64,000 nt of DNA from Promethearchaeota archaeon (GTDB lineage: Archaea > Asgardarchaeota > Lokiarchaeia > Sigyniarchaeales > SOKP01), in NCBI GenBank assembly GCA_019058365.1, contig JAHPZE010000006.1:32001-96000 (forward strand), written 5' to 3'. The notes below the pieces were generated by a model. The model saw only the letters and a program-made list of their open reading frames with translations. It searched no databases and was not told the origin of the DNA. This document shows, piece by piece, positions 60,334 through 64,000 of the stretch (position 1 is the stretch's first letter; every line of letters starts with the position of its first letter). Position numbers and translations under genes: made by a program.

Positions 60334-62538
60334 ATGAGAAAAATTAATTTTCCTTTTACAGCGATTCTTGGTCAAGAGAAAATGAAGATGGGGTTAATCT
60401 TGAACGTTATTGACCCTCAAATAGGTGGTATCTTGTTAACTGGTCAACAAGGCACTGGAAAAAGTACTGCTGTAAGATCTCTCGTAGAACTGATGCCTCA
60501 AATTGAAATTGTTGCGGGTTGTGAATTTTCATGTGATCCTAATTCAGATATTGATGATTTATGCCAAAATTGCATAGAAAAAAAGGAAAAAGAGCAAATA
60601 ACTACAGAATTCCGTGATATGTGGCTTGTAAATTTGCCTTTAGGAGTCACAGAAGATATGGTTTGTGGGAGTCTATCTATAGATAAGGTATTAACTGAAG
60701 GAATAAGAGCTTTACACCCTGGGTTACTCGCGAAAGCAAATAGAGGTATTTTATATGTAGATGAAATTAATTTACTCCAAGATCATATCGTTGACGTTCT
60801 TCTAGATTCTGCAGCTTCAGGTGTAAATATCATAGAAAGAGAAGGAATCTCTATATCGCATCCTTCAAGATTCGTTCTGGTTGGTTCAATGAACCCAGAA
60901 GAGGGTGATTTAAGACCACAAATAGCAGATCGCTTGGGATTAGAAGTTAGGATTAAAGCCCCTAGAGATTCAGAATTAAGAGCAGAAATAACTAAAAGGG
61001 TTATAGAATTTGATGATCATCCAAAAGAATTTATTAAAAATTTTGAAGATGAACAAGAAAAATTAAGACAACAAATCCTTAATGCTCGTGATATTTTAAA
61101 GGAAGTTCAAATCCCTAGTTCTGTATATGAATTTGTATCCAAAATTGTAAATGAGTTAGAGATTTTTTCTCAAAGAGCAGATATTACTTTTATTCGATGT
61201 GCGAGAGCTCATGCTGCTTTAAATAGTAGAAAGGATATAGTTGAAGAAGATCTTAATGTGGCTATGGATTTAGTATTCGAACATAGAATTCAATCACTTC
61301 ATTATGAAATGACACCGGTAGAAATTAAAGCAAAAATAGCTGAAGTATATGGCAAAATAAGAGAGGCTTATGAAAATACAAAAGTACTCCAACCCAATAG
61401 AGAAACAGAAGGCCCTTTAAAGCATTCAGATGAACATCAAAAAGAGTTTAAACGTCAATCTGTTGATCCTGATAAAGTTGACATCCCAGAATCCCAAGAA
61501 CAGAAATTACCCCCTCCAAAATACCCTGATAATAAAAAAAGAAATCCTAAACCCGCGGGAGGATGGAAAGTAAAGAATATTCCTTTTGATGATGATCTTA
61601 GATTTTTTGAAGATAGACAAGTGGCTATGCCATTTATATATAAGATGGAAAAGAAAATGACCTCTATCTTAGATAACATAAAAAAGGACAGAAAGATATC
61701 TGATTATGGTGGAAGAGGGATCGGTAGGAGAATCAAAATATCCTCATCCCAAAAGGGCAGATATGTATCTTACAGATCACCTATACGTGAACAACCAAAA
61801 AGTATTGCTTTAGATGCTACCATTAGGAATTATTTAAAAAATATTGTATATAACGAAACTGAAATTGATTTCCCTATTCATTTTAATAAATATGATTTAA
61901 TGGATAAAATCTATGAATATCGCGCACCTTTAGCTCTCTTCTTTGTTTTAGATAGCTCAGCATCAATGTATTACGTAATAAAACAAATGACAGACGTTAT
62001 ATTATCATTACATCGAGAGGGATATAGAAAGAGAGATAAAATAGCTCTCATTGTATTTCGAGGTAAGGATGCTATTGTATTACAGAATCCCACTGTAAAT
62101 TTTAACATGGCTATTAATAAATTGAAAAAAATTGAAGGTAAATCATATACTCCAATGGCAGCAGCTTTAAAGAAGGTATCTGAGCTAATAAAAGTTGAGA
62201 AATTGAAGGATAGAAATATTATACCTATAGTCTTTATATGTAGCGATTGTGGAGCAAATATTTCTGTTAAATATCCTGATTTAATAGCCCAAATTGAAAC
62301 GGATTATTCTTTAATTACAAATGAATTAAAAGAATTAACAAAAAAATTATCAAAACAAAATATCCATATGGTTGTGCTAGAACCAAAAAAATCCTATGCG
62401 ACACACGCTCTTGGTGTACACACATATTCAGCAGAACATATTAAAAAAAACTTTAAAAAATACGCGAATGCTCAGATTTATAAGTTTAACAAATATAATC
62501 CCGACTCTTTAATATTAGAATTGAAAAAAATTCTCTAA
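60334..62538 (+). CDS. Mg/Co-chelatase ChlI/ChlD-like AAA+ fused to vWA
   Basis: FPFTAILGQ, GQQGTGKST, YVDEINLL, GSMNPEEG, Pro-rich linker, MIDAS DSSAS..TP..SD. Confidence 0.88.
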   Translation: MRKINFPFTAILGQEKMKMGLILNVIDPQIGGILLTGQQGTGKSTAVRSLVELMPQIEIVAGCEFSCDPNSDIDDLCQNCIEKKEKEQITTEFRDMWLVNLPLGVTEDMVCGSLSIDKVLTEGIRALHPGLLAKANRGILYVDEINLLQDHIVDVLLDSAASGVNIIEREGISISHPSRFVLVGSMNPEEGDLRPQIADRLGLEVRIKAPRDSELRAEITKRVIEFDDHPKEFIKNFEDEQEKLRQQILNARDILKEVQIPSSVYEFVSKIVNELEIFSQRADITFIRCARAHAALNSRKDIVEEDLNVAMDLVFEHRIQSLHYEMTPVEIKAKIAEVYGKIREAYENTKVLQPNRETEGPLKHSDEHQKEFKRQSVDPDKVDIPESQEQKLPPPKYPDNKKRNPKPAGGWKVKNIPFDDDLRFFEDRQVAMPFIYKMEKKMTSILDNIKKDRKISDYGGRGIGRRIKISSSQKGRYVSYRSPIREQPKSIALDATIRNYLKNIVYNETEIDFPIHFNKYDLMDKIYEYRAPLALFFVLDSSASMYYVIKQMTDVILSLHREGYRKRDKIALIVFRGKDAIVLQNPTVNFNMAINKLKKIEGKSYTPMAAALKKVSELIKVEKLKDRNIIPIVFICSDCGANISVKYPDLIAQIETDYSLITNELKELTKKLSKQNIHMVVLEPKKSYATHALGVHTYSAEHIKKNFKKYANAQIYKFNKYNPDSLILELKKIL

Positions 62539-62558
62539 ATATAATTTTCACTCATATA

Positions 62559-63809
62559 ATGCATAAAATGGTTAAGAAATCAAATTCCATACTTGTTGTT
62601 GGATTTAATACACGTCCTTTAGCTTTTTCATTGAATAAAGCAGGTTATAATATATACGCAGTAGATTTCTTTGGTGATTTAGATCTCTATCCATATGTAG
62701 ATGATTATATTATTGTAATAAAAGCTTTGAAAAGTAATTATAACTCTTTAAAAGAGAAATATAGTATATTCTTAGCTCAATTTGCTTTAGAATTGCATCG
62801 CAAACATAGAAATGTAGATTTTTTATTAATAGGTAGTGGTTTAGATGATGCCTATAAAGAAAGGGAAAAAATCTTAGATGAAATTAAGAGTTTTAATACG
62901 ATTAGCGTCAATAATGAGTTACAAGTTATTAAAAAGTCAAGAGATATAAAATATCTTCTTGAATTTCTTAAATCCCTTGGTTATAAGGTTCCTTTATCTT
63001 TTTCTTTTGAAAATTTTCGACTTTTAAACGCAAATCTGGAATATCCCTTTATATTAAAAAAAAAGAGAAGTGCAGGTGGCATAAATGTCTTCAAAGTTGA
63101 GCATGAAAAGAAATTAACGTCTCTAATACGTATTTTAGAAAAGAAAAAGTTTATTCCGTCAGAATGGTTAGTTCAAGAATACATTGAAGGAATTCCCGTT
63201 AGTTGTACAGTAATTTCTGATGGAAAAGAGTGTGAAGTCATATCCATAAATCGTCAAATCATTGGTGAAAAGTTTCTTTATGCTCCAAAAGATTTTATGT
63301 ATTGTGGAAATATCGTGCCTGCTGGATTGTCAATTGATGAAGAAAAAATTATATCTGAGATTTCGATGCTTCTAACAAAAGAATTAGGTCTACAAGGGAT
63401 TAATGGGTTTGACTTTGTTTTAAAAGATAATTATCCTTATTTTATGGAATGTAATCCAAGAATTCCTGGATCAATTAGAGCTTCAGAATCTGTTCTGAAC
63501 TTGAATCTTTTAGATTTACACATAAAATGCTTTATACCTAATGAATGGAAAAACATTAAAAAATTGATTAAATCTACGATACCTAAAACTTTTGCTACAA
63601 AATTGGTATTTTTTGCTCCAAAAGATATAGAAAAAAGAATTTTATCAAAAATAAATAATCTTGAATTTGTTTATGATAAAACTGAGCCAACTAAAGATGT
63701 TTTAAAAGGGGAACCTTTATGTACTGTTTTATATGTTGCTAAAGATTATCTTGCATCTTTTAATGGAGCGAAAAAGATTATAAATGAAATCGAGAGAATT
63801 ATTGGATAA
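62559..63809 (+). CDS. ATP-grasp family ligase (archaeal, often linked to C1-cofactor biosynthesis)
   Basis: GFNTRPLAFS, DFFGDLD, SAGG, QEYIEG, YCGN, GFDF, ECNPR. Confidence 0.8.
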   Translation: MHKMVKKSNSILVVGFNTRPLAFSLNKAGYNIYAVDFFGDLDLYPYVDDYIIVIKALKSNYNSLKEKYSIFLAQFALELHRKHRNVDFLLIGSGLDDAYKEREKILDEIKSFNTISVNNELQVIKKSRDIKYLLEFLKSLGYKVPLSFSFENFRLLNANLEYPFILKKKRSAGGINVFKVEHEKKLTSLIRILEKKKFIPSEWLVQEYIEGIPVSCTVISDGKECEVISINRQIIGEKFLYAPKDFMYCGNIVPAGLSIDEEKIISEISMLLTKELGLQGINGFDFVLKDNYPYFMECNPRIPGSIRASESVLNLNLLDLHIKCFIPNEWKNIKKLIKSTIPKTFATKLVFFAPKDIEKRILSKINNLEFVYDKTEPTKDVLKGEPLCTVLYVAKDYLASFNGAKKIINEIERIIG

Positions 63810-64000
63810 TAGCTTTAATTTTAGCAATGTAAGATCCTAATTTTCTCTCGTCAGACTCGGGAACAGCAAGTGCTAAGACTCTGTTTTCATCTAAATCGTG
63901 GATTATAACAGAACCATTTTCCCCTCCTATAATACAGTATTCCATATGACTTTCTAGTAATACTCCAGATAAATTATATAATGCAGCAACCATAGCTGAA
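63799..64000 (-). CDS. Roadblock/LC7 domain protein, 5' end beyond the window
   Basis: ...SAMVAAL...EYCIIGGENGSVII...VLAL...KLG; frame stays open to the window edge. Confidence 0.8.
   Translation of the reverse strand, partial: SAMVAALYNLSGVLLESHMEYCIIGGENGSVIIHDLDENRVLALAVPESDERKLGSYIAKIKAIIQ

Noticed and set aside
118-61679. Short ORFs overlapping real genes or lacking motifs (e.g. 118..333, 549..824, 3765..3980, 9140..9370, 26940..27341, 51020..51403, 52277..52534, 56683..57033, 61455..61679)
   Set aside because: Antisense or alternate-frame shadows of well-supported genes, with no recognisable motifs.
1-64000. tRNA, rRNA, CRISPR array, IS elements or prophage
   Set aside because: No cloverleaf-like GC-rich islands, regularly spaced repeats, transposase, integrase or capsid ORFs were seen by eye.

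Overview
AT-rich, gene-dense archaeal chromosomal segment, most likely from an Asgard archaeon (Lokiarchaeia/Promethearchaeota-like). This is inferred from a Rab-like small GTPase, a roadblock/LC7 protein, three Rpn11/CSN5-type JAMM proteins, TFB, PAN, PAC2, many zinc-ribbon tails and archaeal TATA/poly-T signals. I saw no rRNA, tRNA, CRISPR array or transposase. Most genes are housekeeping or metabolic: rpiA, purE, thiolase, dut, two acdA, gatC, SufBC plus IscS/IscU, a copA locus, MoxR/vWA and a chelatase-like AAA-vWA. The main result is two candidate micro-introns in protein-coding genes. One is 30 nt (59535-59564, +) and splits the catalytic JAMM motif of an MPN gene. The other is 27 nt (24232-24258, -) in an uncharacterised gene. 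Both are phase-0, end in an in-frame TAA, and have ends at the predicted cut sites of a relaxed bulge-helix-bulge (tRNA-splicing endonuclease) motif. They share an identically spaced core, CTG-N3-TTACCAGA-N5-CTAA, and similar exon flanks, which suggests an mRNA micro-intron family. Other points: a JAMM/coiled-coil gene cluster, a site-1-protease-like subtilase, an unrecognised Cys/His repeat found both on CopA and as a missed stand-alone small ORF, an ATA start on iscU, and several small ORFs absent from the ORF track. All family assignments come from motif recognition, not database searches.
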